37,436 bases of DNA from Caldilineaceae bacterium (GTDB lineage: Bacteria > Chloroflexota > Anaerolineae > Caldilineales > Caldilineaceae). The notes under the pieces are model-generated. The model saw only the letters and a list, made by a program, of their open reading frames with translations, had not been told where the DNA came from and searched no databases. This document shows, one piece after another, positions 1-14,838 of the stretch. The stretch's first letter is position 1. Each line of letters opens with the position of its first letter. Location of the stretch: positions 1 to 37,436 of the forward strand of contig JACFMY010000006.1 in assembly GCA_019455155.1 (NCBI GenBank), given 5' to 3'. The position numbers were made by a program, and so were the translations under genes.

Positions 1-2
1 CA

Positions 3-1289
3 GAAGGCCACAGCAACCCCAATTATTTCCTGGGCCGCATTGTGGAAGACCCGGGCCCGTTCTTTTACCCCGTTGCCTATCTATTTCGTAGCACGCCGGC
101 TACGCTCATTGGCCTGGCCGTTGCAGTACTCGGGGCGCTGCGTCGCGTTCCCCCCTTCGACCAGCCACGTGTTCGCCAGGCGGCATTCGGCTTCTCCCTC
201 TTTGCACTGCTGTTCATGCTCGGCATGTCGCTACCGGCCAAAAAGTTCGACCGGTATGATCTACCGGCGCACTTCACCCTGGAGATTGTAGCCGCGCTGG
301 GCTGGGCGATGTTGGCCACCACGGCCGGCCGCTACTGGTTAAGGCTTCGGCGACGGCCAGCGGACGCTGGTCCGGGCGCGTCCAGTGCCAGGCGGGCGGC
401 AAGTCTTCCTGTTGAGGTGGCTGTGCTCTCCGCCGGCGTGATCCTGTTGCACGGGGCATTTACGGCGCTCCATGCTCCCTATTATCTGACGTACTACAAC
501 CCGCTCCTGGGTGGCAGCGCCACCGCGCAGCGAGCACTGTTCGTCGGCTGGGGAGAAGGGCTTGACCAGGCAGGTCTCTGGCTCGATCAGCAGCCAGACG
601 ATAACGAACGCCGCGCGGTTTCCTGGTATGCCTTTGGGCCGCTCTCCTATTACTTCGACGGGGAGGTGGAAACCGTCATCGCTGGATCAGGCCTGCCCTG
701 GCTCGACATTGATTTCGTAGTGCTCTACGCCAACCAGATCCAGCGGCAGATCCCGAACGCGGCGGCGATCCATTATTTCCTGTCGCAGGACCCAGCGCGC
801 GTCATTTCGTTCAGAGGACTCGAGCTGGTGCGGATCTACAATATGCATACCTTAATGGATGAGGCGTATGCCAATGCTCCGGACCCGCGGCCGGTGCTCG
901 TGTCGGCTAGCTGGCCCGACCTACGCCTGGCCTCGTTGGCCATGCCGCAGCGCGTCGCGTTAGGCTCGGTGCTGCCGATCCATATGACATTTGAGGGAAC
1001 CAATCAGAAGAGTCTGAAATTCTCAGCGCGGGTGGTGAATGAAGAGGGCGACCTGATTGGACAGACCGATTTGCCGGTTACACCCGACGTAACGTTCACC
1101 GTATATGTCCCGCCTGACGCGAAACCAGGGTCCTATGCATTGTACCTCATGATCTATGAAGATGAGACCCTGGAGCCAGTGCCCGACTCGTACGGCGAAA
1201 CGCTTCTGACACTGGCACCCGTAGAGGTGTATGGTGGCGTGGCATACGACCCGGCCGCGGACTTTCGTACGTTTAATGAAGAAGAATAG
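3..1289 (+). CDS. GT-C fold membrane glycosyltransferase (GT39/ArnT/PMT-like), C-terminal part; the 5' end lies outside the window
   Basis: The frame is open from the window edge. [51 protein letters not shown] and [10 protein letters not shown] align with the middle of the next ORF, so this is a tandem paralog. TM segments are followed by a soluble C-terminal module (AKPGSYALYLMIYED). Confidence 0.75.
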   Translation, partial: EGHSNPNYFLGRIVEDPGPFFYPVAYLFRSTPATLIGLAVAVLGALRRVPPFDQPRVRQAAFGFSLFALLFMLGMSLPAKKFDRYDLPAHFTLEIVAALGWAMLATTAGRYWLRLRRRPADAGPGASSARRAASLPVEVAVLSAGVILLHGAFTALHAPYYLTYYNPLLGGSATAQRALFVGWGEGLDQAGLWLDQQPDDNERRAVSWYAFGPLSYYFDGEVETVIAGSGLPWLDIDFVVLYANQIQRQIPNAAAIHYFLSQDPARVISFRGLELVRIYNMHTLMDEAYANAPDPRPVLVSASWPDLRLASLAMPQRVALGSVLPIHMTFEGTNQKSLKFSARVVNEEGDLIGQTDLPVTPDVTFTVYVPPDAKPGSYALYLMIYEDETLEPVPDSYGETLLTLAPVEVYGGVAYDPAADFRTFNEEE

Positions 1290-1401
1290 ACAAGAAGATT
1301 GAAGTTGACAGAGAAGCTGGGCAGAACGCGCGCGGGTCGCTGCTCTCTTCTGGTCAATGTGCCAAAGCATACTGGTCATGGCCTGACACAGGACATCTGG
1401 G

Positions 1402-3987
1402 ATGAATAGCCGATTGCGCAGCACCTTGTTCCTGCTGCTTTTGTTTTTGATTGCCTGGTTGCCCCGTGCGCTTGCGCTGGACGCATTTGTGACGCCCGAC
1501 GAGCGCAAGTGGCTCGCCCGGTCCGCGAACTTCACCTATGCCCTGAGCCACGGCGAGTTTGCAGAAACCTTCCAGCGAGAACATCCCGGTGTCACGGTTA
1601 TGTGGGCCGGCACCGTGGGCCTGCTAACCTCCTTTCCTGAGTATCCGCAACTGGCGCCAGGCTATTTCACCTGGGAACGAGAGAATTTCGAGGCATGGGT
1701 ACTCGAAAACACCCCCCACACGCCCCTGGATCTACTCGTGGCCGGCCGCCGCTGGATCGCATTGGGCGTCGCGCTGCTGCTCTGGCTCGCGATATTCCCC
1801 CTACGCCGGCTCATTGGTCCCAATGCCGCCTACCTGGCCTTCTTTTTTCTTGCGCTCGATCCCTTTAGCGTAGCCCTTTCCCGCCAGCTACATCCTGACG
1901 GCTTTGAGGCGGGCTTCACTTTCCTTGCCCTCCTCTACTTCCTGGCCTGGCTCTACGCCGGCCGCCGCTGGCGTGACGTGGTGATGTCCGGCATCGTTAT
2001 GGGGCTGGCCTGGTTGACGAAGACACCAGCCGCGCTGCTTGTGCCTGCGGGTACTGTGCTGGTTGGCATCGAGCTTTGGCAAGTGTGGCGTCCGAGGCAG
2101 GACCCGGACCAAAACCCACACCTCTCTGACCGGGACCGCAGGCCGTCCCCCTTACGCCGGTCCCCGTTCGTGCCGGCCAAAGCAACGCGCCGTCTCCTTG
2201 GTGGCTATGTCATTTGGGGCCTTGTAGCCAGCGCCGCGTTTATCGTGCTTTGGCCTGCCATGTGGAGTGATCCGGTCAATACCCTGACACGCATGGCCAC
2301 GGAGATGGAAGCCTACGTGGAAGGCCATGTCAACCCCAACTACTTCTGGGGAAGACCAACCGGCGACCCTGGCTGGTTCTTTTATCCCGTTGCCTATTTC
2401 TTCCGGATTACACCGGCTGTCGTAGTTGGGTTAGTGGCTGCCGTCATTGCCCGGATCAGGCTGGCATGGCCATTCCCCGAGTCCCGTACACGGCATACGC
2501 TGCGCGGTCTGGCCATCTTTTCCGCCGTTTTTATTGTGTTCATGAGTATTCCGGCAAAGAAATTTGATCGATATATCCTGCCGGCGTTCCTGGCCCTGGA
2601 CGTGGTTGCGGCTGTGGGCTGGTTGGCCTTGGCCCAGGTGCCGTGGAAGAATACCGTGGCGCCATGGCGCCAACGTCTGCGCCTGCGCACGCCTGCAGTC
2701 ATCGTGCTGGCCGGGTTTGTGTTCCATGGTCTGTTTACTGTGGCCACTTTTCCCTATTACCTGACCTACTACAACCCGTTGGCCGGTGGCAGCTGGGCGG
2801 CCCCGCGTGTCCTCTTTGTGGGTTGGGGGGAGGGGTTGGACGAAGCTGCGCGTTGGCTCAACGAACAGCCCAACGCGGCAGATACTCGAGTCGCGGCCTG
2901 GTACGCGGACGGTCCCCTTTCCTATTATCTCGACGGCCAGGCAGTACCTATGGGCTATAGCTCACCCCTTTCGTGGCTCGATACCGATTACGTGGTGACC
3001 TACGTCAACCAATGGCAGCGCCAGATTCCCTCGCCCGAAGCGGTGGCGTGGTTTGAGGAACAGACGCCGGCCAAGCGCGTCGATGCCGGCGGAATTGAGC
3101 TGGCTCGCGTCTATGACCTGCGAGAGACCCTGTTGCCGCCGTTTATCGACCTGAACACGTCGGCCGCGGCCGATTTCGGCGACAAGATACGCCTGGTCGG
3201 TGTGGACATACCGGCGCCGATCCTGGCCCCGGGTGGCGAGATGCTGGTAACCCTGTATCTGCAGGCGCTGGCGCCGATGGAGGTGAACTACAACGTACTG
3301 GTCCGCCTCCTGGCGCCTGATGGCAGCGAGCTCTGGCGCGAGGAAGGCTGGCCTTGGGGCGCGCCCACGACGAATTGGCCTGTGCGTGACGTGCGCCCAG
3401 ACGGCCGTACCGTGACGATTCCCCTAGACGCGCGCGCGGGTCTGTATCAGCTGGTCGTGTCATTCTACGACCCGGCTACCTTCGCGCCGCTGCCCGCGGT
3501 CGACGTTCGTAGTGGCCAGCCATTGGCCAGTGACGGTCGCGATGTGGCCCTGCTGGCTGTTGGCGCGGCCGGGACGTCTGAGCAGCCGCGCGATGTTGCC
3601 TGGCACTATGGCGACCTCTTTGCGCTCTCGGGCGTTACCCTGCCGGCCACGGTGCGGGCAGGTGAGACGCTTTCGGTCTCGCTCCAGTGGGACAGTCTGG
3701 CTATTACACCGGTGGATTACACTACCTTCCTCCATGTGCTGGCGCCCGGCGGCGACATGGTGGCCCAGCTGGACAAGCAGCCGCTCGATGGCTTTGCGCC
3801 GACGCATACGTGGTTACCCGGCACGCGGCTGGAAGATAGATTTGTGATCGATCTGCCCGCAGGGCTGGCGCCTGGAACCTACTCGCTGCATGCCGGTATG
3901 TATGTGGGAGACACGCGTCTGCCGGTTAAGGAAGGTGATAAGTCCGTGGGTGATTCTGCGCGCATCGGATCGGTCGAGGTGGAGTGA
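1402..3987 (+). CDS. GT-C fold membrane glycosyltransferase (GT39/ArnT/PMT-like) with two C-terminal repeat modules
   Basis: 861-aa ORF with an N-terminal TM segment, then the acidic first-loop motif TPDERKW typical of GT-C enzymes, and many hydrophobic segments. The C-terminal soluble region has two similar modules ending [15 protein letters not shown] and [16 protein letters not shown]. Confidence 0.8.
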   Translation: MNSRLRSTLFLLLLFLIAWLPRALALDAFVTPDERKWLARSANFTYALSHGEFAETFQREHPGVTVMWAGTVGLLTSFPEYPQLAPGYFTWERENFEAWVLENTPHTPLDLLVAGRRWIALGVALLLWLAIFPLRRLIGPNAAYLAFFFLALDPFSVALSRQLHPDGFEAGFTFLALLYFLAWLYAGRRWRDVVMSGIVMGLAWLTKTPAALLVPAGTVLVGIELWQVWRPRQDPDQNPHLSDRDRRPSPLRRSPFVPAKATRRLLGGYVIWGLVASAAFIVLWPAMWSDPVNTLTRMATEMEAYVEGHVNPNYFWGRPTGDPGWFFYPVAYFFRITPAVVVGLVAAVIARIRLAWPFPESRTRHTLRGLAIFSAVFIVFMSIPAKKFDRYILPAFLALDVVAAVGWLALAQVPWKNTVAPWRQRLRLRTPAVIVLAGFVFHGLFTVATFPYYLTYYNPLAGGSWAAPRVLFVGWGEGLDEAARWLNEQPNAADTRVAAWYADGPLSYYLDGQAVPMGYSSPLSWLDTDYVVTYVNQWQRQIPSPEAVAWFEEQTPAKRVDAGGIELARVYDLRETLLPPFIDLNTSAAADFGDKIRLVGVDIPAPILAPGGEMLVTLYLQALAPMEVNYNVLVRLLAPDGSELWREEGWPWGAPTTNWPVRDVRPDGRTVTIPLDARAGLYQLVVSFYDPATFAPLPAVDVRSGQPLASDGRDVALLAVGAAGTSEQPRDVAWHYGDLFALSGVTLPATVRAGETLSVSLQWDSLAITPVDYTTFLHVLAPGGDMVAQLDKQPLDGFAPTHTWLPGTRLEDRFVIDLPAGLAPGTYSLHAGMYVGDTRLPVKEGDKSVGDSARIGSVEVE

Positions 3988-3994
3988 GCTCGCC

Positions 3995-6373
<2,379 letters not shown>

Positions 6374-6453
6374 TCGTCCTGTATAGTTGCCACGCACCCC
6401 TTCGCGCTGCTCCCACATTTGCTTGATACATAGCCGGCATCCAGAAATGTGTA

Positions 6454-6482
6454 TTGACATACACGATTTTGTGCGATACATT
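6454..6482 (+). promoter_or_regulatory. Sigma70-like promoter candidate
   Basis: TTGACA (6454-6459), a 17-nt spacer and TACATT (6477-6482), in an AT-rich spacer. The -35 is embedded in the inverted repeat GTGTAT-tgac-ATACAC. Confidence 0.4.
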
Positions 6483-6611
6483 TCTGTTGCAGTGTATGTA
6501 CATCCCCAACTGAATAGAGGGCGGCCAAGAAGATTGCCAGCCTATGTGCTGTGCCGTTTGGTTCGGTTCAAGGTGTCAAGTGCTTTACGCATTCACCCCG
6601 AAGGAGCCAAA

Positions 6612-6740
6612 ATGATCCCTGACAACCCCTGGACACAAGGACCGCGCGTAGCAATAATTCGCTTTCTGGCCATGGTGGGCTTGATAACCATCTTTGGTCT
6701 TGGTCTAATGTTGGGGATAATGTTGTCACAGTTGCTATAA
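6612..6740 (+). CDS. Small (42 aa) single-pass membrane peptide, hypothetical
   Basis: ATG is preceded by GAAGGAG with about 6 nt spacing. The product MIPDNPWTQGPRVAIIRFLAMVGLITIFGLGLMLGIMLSQLL has one clear TM helix. A sigma70-like promoter lies about 130 nt upstream. No homology is recognised. Confidence 0.4.
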   Translation: MIPDNPWTQGPRVAIIRFLAMVGLITIFGLGLMLGIMLSQLL

Positions 6741-6793
6741 GAAGAGTTTCGCGCGTCGCTTGCCTCTGGTGCCCGCCCGTTTGCCTGGACATG

Positions 6794-6826
6794 GAAGCGG
6801 CGCAGGCCGTTGACCTGCGCCGCTTC
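6794..6826. terminator. Hairpin between convergent genes (candidate bidirectional terminator)
   Basis: GAAGCGGCGCAGG-ccgttga-CCTGCGCCGCTTC is a perfect 13-bp stem. It sits between the small + strand ORF and the malQ 3' end. There is no clear U-tract. Confidence 0.55.
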
Positions 6827-6874
6827 TGTGCGCTGGTTGTGTCCAGCCCACACAAGGATGTGTAATTTAATCGC

Positions 6875-8446
<1,572 letters not shown>

Positions 8447-8478
8447 AGGCGTAACTCCTGTAATATGGTCTTTATTTG

Positions 8479-9291
8479 CTAAATCGCTACACCAAAGCGG
8501 ATCAGGGTTACCCAAAGCACGCCGAGAATAAGCAGGATTATGCACAGCGCTGTCCAGGCAACCTCGAACGGGCGGCGGTCGACGACTTCCAGTTGTTGGG
8601 GGCCGTCAAAGCGCAAGACCGTAGGTGGCTGGAAGCGCGGCATTATACCGGCCGTGAGCAACGCGCCGCCGATGAGCCCGCCGATATGGCCCCAGTTGTC
8701 GATGAAACCGGAGCTAAAGCCGATGACCAGGTTTAGAACCAGGACGATAATCATGTTTTGTAGAATCGTCTGTCCTCGCACACCGAAGTTATTGCGGTAG
8801 CGTGCGAAGAAGACCGTAATGGCGCCAATGAGACCGAAAATCGCGCCTGAAGCGCCCACGGACACGGGACCAGAGAGGGCGTAGCTGGCCAGACTCCCGT
8901 AGAGGCCCGCGATAAGATAGATGAAGAAGAAACGGGTGTGCCCTACGTACCCTTCAAGCAGTGGTCCCAGGGCAAAGAGAGCGTAGAGATTGAAGAGTAG
9001 ATGGAGAATGCCGGAGTGAAGCAGCGTGGCGGTAAGGAGGCGCCAGAATTCGCCCTCGGCAATCAACACGTTCACCTTGGCGCCCAGGTCGATCAGCACC
9101 CGGATATCGGTCATGTTGAAGGATGTCCACGAGCCGTAGAAGAGGGCGCCATAGAGGATCTCCAGGACAAAGACGCCCAACAGAACCGCCAACAGTGTAC
9201 GCGTTACGGTGGGCCGGCTCAGAGGAATATAGAACTGGGGGCCAACCACATTGGTGGCAGCGCCTGTGGGCGGAACTCTACGTTCGAACAT
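8479..9291 (-). CDS. Rhomboid family intramembrane serine protease
   Basis: Polytopic membrane protein with the catalytic GASGAIFGL (GxSG) motif and a downstream HIGGLIGG histidine motif, plus HSGILHLLFN. It starts 3 nt after the gmk stop. Confidence 0.85.
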   Translation of the reverse strand: MFERRVPPTGAATNVVGPQFYIPLSRPTVTRTLLAVLLGVFVLEILYGALFYGSWTSFNMTDIRVLIDLGAKVNVLIAEGEFWRLLTATLLHSGILHLLFNLYALFALGPLLEGYVGHTRFFFIYLIAGLYGSLASYALSGPVSVGASGAIFGLIGAITVFFARYRNNFGVRGQTILQNMIIVLVLNLVIGFSSGFIDNWGHIGGLIGGALLTAGIMPRFQPPTVLRFDGPQQLEVVDRRPFEVAWTALCIILLILGVLWVTLIRFGVAI

Positions 9292-9294
9292 GGC

Positions 9295-9945
9295 TCAAAG
9301 CTCCACTGGTGTCCAATCGACACGGCTCTTTTCGGCTCTGATAATGCTCATCACCAGGTTCACCGTTTCGTCGAGCTGTTCCTCGCGGTTCACCACCACG
9401 TAGTCAAACTCGTCAAAACGGCGCAACTCGCGCCGCGCCGTCACAATCCGCATTTTCAGCTGATCAGCCTCTTCGGTCTTACGTTGCTGGAGCCGGCGGA
9501 CCAGCTCCTCTTCACTTTCCGCCGTGAGGAAGATGGTCACCGCGTTGGGCACCAAGGAGCGGATCGTGGCTGCCCCCTGTACATCGATTCGCATCACGAC
9601 ATCTTTACCGCTGGCGAGGGCTTCCCGCACATGTTTCTTGGGGATACCCTTGTAATCGCCATAGACGACAGCATATTCGAACAGCTCGTCCTTTTCGATC
9701 ATTTCCGCAAATTCGCCGACGGTGACGAAATGATAGTCCGCCCCGTCACGTTCGCCGGCGCGTTTGGGGCGAGTGGTGGCCGTGACCACAAAGTAAAAGG
9801 GATACGCGGTATCCTTCAGTCCCTGGATCACAGAGTCTTTGCCGGCGCCGCTGGGGCCCGAGATCACGACAAGGACGGGGCGTGGGGCAGCCAGGCTCTC
9901 ATAAAGTGCTTCGACCTCTTGATCGGGGTCGTGAAATGTAGTCAA
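9295..9945 (-). CDS. gmk: Guanylate kinase
   Basis: P-loop ISGPSGAGKDS, TTRPKRAGERDGADYHFV and EYAVVYGDYKG. The start is TTG, preceded by AAGGGAGG. Confidence 0.9.
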   Translation of the reverse strand: MTTFHDPDQEVEALYESLAAPRPVLVVISGPSGAGKDSVIQGLKDTAYPFYFVVTATTRPKRAGERDGADYHFVTVGEFAEMIEKDELFEYAVVYGDYKGIPKKHVREALASGKDVVMRIDVQGAATIRSLVPNAVTIFLTAESEEELVRRLQQRKTEEADQLKMRIVTARRELRRFDEFDYVVVNREEQLDETVNLVMSIIRAEKSRVDWTPVEL

Positions 9946-10078
9946 CGTACCTCCCTTGGGAAAGCAGCTTTCGCAGCCAGCCTGTTTAGCGCTTTAGGTT
10001 CATCCGCATATAATCCACGGTATGACAGATACTGTCTCAGTATACGTGATGAATAGTGGGCGTAAAAAAGAGGGACTC

Positions 10079-10471
10079 ATGCCAATCTACGAATACGTCT
10101 GTTTTGATTGCCGCAAGCGGGTGAGCGTCTTATTTCGCACCTTTTCTGAGGCCAGCGACGACGCCGCGCGTTGCCCCCGCTGCCAGGGTGCAAATCTGCG
10201 CCGTCTGGTCAGCCGTGTGGCGGTCCTCAAATCGGAAGAGAGTCGCATGGAAAACCTGGCTGATCCTTCCTTTATGGCGGGGTTGGAAAATGAAGACCCG
10301 CGCGCGTTGGCCAGCTTTATGCGCAAGATGAGCGACGAAATGGGCGAACCCATGGACGCTGAGATGACAGAAGTAATGGAGCGGCTAGAACGGGGTGAAA
10401 GCCCCGATGATATCGAGAAGGCGTTGCCGGAGGCCGGCGCCAGCGGGAGCGATATGGGTGACGAGTTTTGA
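10079..10471 (+). CDS. FmdB-family zinc-ribbon protein
   Basis: MPIYEYVCFDCRKR...CPRCQG is the canonical FmdB CxxC...CxxC N-terminus, followed by an acidic tail. ATG at 10079 has a GAGGGA RBS; the ORF-track start at 10022 is an extension. Confidence 0.75.
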   Translation: MPIYEYVCFDCRKRVSVLFRTFSEASDDAARCPRCQGANLRRLVSRVAVLKSEESRMENLADPSFMAGLENEDPRALASFMRKMSDEMGEPMDAEMTEVMERLERGESPDDIEKALPEAGASGSDMGDEF

Positions 10472-10518
10472 GTTGGCAGACTGGGACCGCCGATTCTGCA
10501 GTGGCGGTGCAGGGGCGA

Positions 10519-10848
10519 TCAGATCTTTTCGAAATGGTCGACCTGCAGCACAAAGATCGTGGCGCCACCCATATGTTTTTCTACTGGAGTGGGGATGTGA
10601 ACCTCACCCGGTTCCATGACAGGGGGCAGCGGCGTCACGTATTGCACTCGACTGGGGCAGCTCTCCCGAAAAATGCTCAGCACCTCACTTACCTTTTCGT
10701 CATCCACTCCGCAGAAGATGGTCGTGTTACCCACGCGTAGAAAGCCTCCCGTGGTACTGGTCACTGTGGCGGAAAAGCCTCGCCGCGCCAGGCGATCGAG
10801 CACGTTACGCGTGTCGTCGCTGTTGATAATGGCCATAATAAGCTTCAC
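10519..10848 (-). CDS. darA: Cyclic-di-AMP receptor, PII-like (DarA/PstA/YaaQ family)
   Basis: (V)KLIMAIINSDD...TTGGFLRVGNTTIFCGV...GGATIFVLQVDHFEKI closely parallels my recollection of B. subtilis YaaQ (MKLIVAVVQDQD...TTGGFLKSGNTTF...GGATVFVLPVDEFHQF). GTG at 10848 gives a protein of about 109 aa, as in that family. The gene lies directly downstream of tmk. Confidence 0.8.
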   Translation of the reverse strand: MKLIMAIINSDDTRNVLDRLARRGFSATVTSTTGGFLRVGNTTIFCGVDDEKVSEVLSIFRESCPSRVQYVTPLPPVMEPGEVHIPTPVEKHMGGATIFVLQVDHFEKI

Positions 10849-10986
10849 GGATGACCGTCCTTTCTGACATCGAAAACGCGGATCATAGATACGCAAACTG
10901 TATGCGCTGCTGGCTCATGGCCAGCAACATGGTGCTATTCAACCACAATTTGTGCGTCTTGGCACAGAGTGTTCTGTCGCGGGACG

Positions 10987-11637
10987 TTATGCTGGCCGGT
11001 GTTGGCCCAATGCAAGCTGGACTCTGGCCAGGATCTGTGCATGGACCTGGTCTACCGGGGCGGTGGCATCGACGACCAGCCAACGGGACGGCTCAGCTGC
11101 GGCCAGCTCCAGATAGCCTGCGCGTACCGCTTCGTGGTAGGCCAGCGTTTTCTCTTCCATGCGGTTCCACTCTTTGGCGTCACCGGCTCGCTTGCGTGCA
11201 AGTCCGGTCTGCACATCAATATCGAGGTAGATCGTCAGGTCTGGGACAAGGTCACCGGTGGTGTAGCCGCCAAGCTGGCGCAGCGCTTCCAGTGATTGGC
11301 CGTGGCCAAAACCCTGATAGGCCAGGGTGCTGTCGGCGTAGCGGTCGCACAGCACCACCTCGCCGCGGGCCAATGCTGGCCGGATAACCTCGTCGACGAT
11401 CTGGGCTCGGGCTGCACTGAAGAGCAAGGTTTCAGCCCGAGGGCTCATCTCGGTATGGGCGCGATCAAGCACCAGCTTGCGAATGGCATTGCCGATACGC
11501 GTGCCGCCGGGCTCACGCGTGGTTAGCACCGTCATGCCGCCGGCGCGTAACACAGCGGCCAGGCGCTCGATCTGGGTTGTCTTGCCGCTACCTTCTGGGC
11601 CTTCAAAGGTCACAAACAGCTTCAACGTAGTTGCCAC
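10987..11637 (-). CDS. tmk: Thymidylate (dTMP) kinase
   Basis: FVTFEGPEGSGKTTQ P-loop, TREPGGT, and DRYADSTLAYQG. GTG start. Confidence 0.9.
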   Translation of the reverse strand: MATTLKLFVTFEGPEGSGKTTQIERLAAVLRAGGMTVLTTREPGGTRIGNAIRKLVLDRAHTEMSPRAETLLFSAARAQIVDEVIRPALARGEVVLCDRYADSTLAYQGFGHGQSLEALRQLGGYTTGDLVPDLTIYLDIDVQTGLARKRAGDAKEWNRMEEKTLAYHEAVRAGYLELAAAEPSRWLVVDATAPVDQVHAQILARVQLALGQHRPA

Positions 11638-11666
11638 GAGATTCTGGAATCACAAGCCGGTAAGAG

Positions 11667-11715
11667 ACGAAGCTTCACAAAGCTCCATTATACCATCTCC
11701 TTTGTGAAGCTTCGT
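11667..11715 (-). promoter_or_regulatory. 16-bp perfect inverted repeat flanking an extended -10 element upstream of tmk
   Basis: ACGAAGCTTCACAAAG-(17 nt)-CTTTGTGAAGCTTCGT. In the minus sense the 17-nt spacer reads GAGATGGTATAATGGAG and contains TGGTATAAT (11695-11687). This is about 50 nt upstream of the tmk GTG start. Confidence 0.5.
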
Positions 11716-11761
11716 TTCCTTGTGCTTGGTGGATGGCAAAACGCCCAGTTGACGGCACAGC

Positions 11762-13452
<1,691 letters not shown>

Positions 13453-13456
<4 letters not shown>

Positions 13457-14511
13457 AAAGCGTGTCCCGAGTCTGTAAACGATGAATGAGCGGATGATTT
13501 AGCGGCGTCGGGTGAAGCAAAGGGGGACGGCACCACTTCGCCGGCGGTCTCAATCTTGGGTAGGGGCGCGGCGATGCTTTCGCGCACCCACTTGACTACA
13601 TGTTTCACCATCTTCACTCGATCGCTGAAAGGGGCGAAGCCCAGCTCGCTCAGAATCGCATTCATGCCTCCGTGATAGTCGCTTACGGCAATAAAAACCG
13701 GCAATGGCCAACGGTCAGCCTTGACCGCTGCCAGGGCAAAGTGGAGCAACTCCTCGATTGGGCGGCTATCAGGCTGAAGGGTATCAGCCCACAGCCGCAG
13801 CGCAGTCCCCTGACGCCCGGCTGTCAACTGCACCGCGCCCACAACACAGTGGGCCTTCGCTAACACATACATAACGTTCTGTTTGCCTGGCCAGTTCTCC
13901 AAGATCGGGGGCAAGCTATCGTCGCCCGCCAGCATGCCTTCGGCTTCGCGGACCCGTTTGGGCACAGTAGCAGTGTAGAGCTGCAGCAGTCCAAACGCGT
14001 CGTCGCTGCGCTGAGGGCGTATGGCCAGCGAACCCGGTACGGAGAGATCGAGATCTGGCGGCGTGTGGAGCCGCCAGACGGTTTGGCGGCAATATGGCTG
14101 GAAGCCACATCCCGCGAAGATATTGACCGGCAGCGGCTGGTCTGGTACGTCCGCGTAAATGCGCTCGATACTCTGGTGGATAACTTCGTGTAGATAATGG
14201 GAGAGCAACTTGCTCCAGATGGCGGGGTGCCCCGACGGTGCCTCGAGACTGGGCGCGAGGCACAGGACATCTGCTTCGGGACGTGCCTGGCGCATCTGCA
14301 CCTGGAGGAATCCTGCCTGAACGAGACCATGCCCATCCTGGCGCAATACGAACGTCGCGACCCTGGCATTTCCCCATGGAATGATGGCACTGAAGGCGGT
14401 CCACAAGGCAGAATGGGGCTCAAGAAGCGTCTGAACGGTCGGAAACCGGGTTGCCTGCCGGTTCAAACGTTGGATCAGAAACAGATCGCTAGGTTGGAAA
14501 GGGCGGATCAC
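13453..14511 (-). CDS. Hypothetical protein, probable tandem GNAT-fold (acetyltransferase-like) protein
   Basis: Two GNAT-like starts are present ([15 protein letters not shown] and [16 protein letters not shown]), but no clean Q/RxxGxG motif. GTG start with a GGAGAT RBS. The stop overlaps the start of the Ycf45-like gene (GTGA). Confidence 0.5.
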
Positions 14512-14838
14512 CGAGACTGTATCTCCGCTACGGAGCGGTCTACGCCGAATGCGAACAAGAACGCCAATACGGCTACAGAAACCGTTACTTTCATTCGCCT
14601 TATTCTACTGCAAGATCCCATTGCTGGCAAGTAACCCGCGCCACACATTACGTTATGTTAATATGCTGTTAACGTTATCAACCTACGATAACCACGGTAT
14701 CACGCTGTCCTGGACACCGTTTTTTATAGTTTACGAAAGCTCGAAATCGTGGTAGGATAACGCATCCGAAACAGCAAGTTCACCGCCACATTTCGCCCTT
14801 CAGCAAATCGTTGATTAGCATCCCTGAAAGGAGATCAT

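Noticed and set aside
8447-8545. N-terminal extensions suggested by the ORF track (malQ 8545, GT-C gene 3890, FmdB 10022, MOSC 21924, ATP-grasp 23214, SBP 28535, darA 10896).
   Set aside because: In each case a downstream start matches the family's usual N-terminus or a signal peptide. Some of these starts (malQ, FmdB, ATP-grasp, SBP) also have a Shine-Dalgarno sequence, and the GT-C, FmdB and SBP extensions look non-protein-like.
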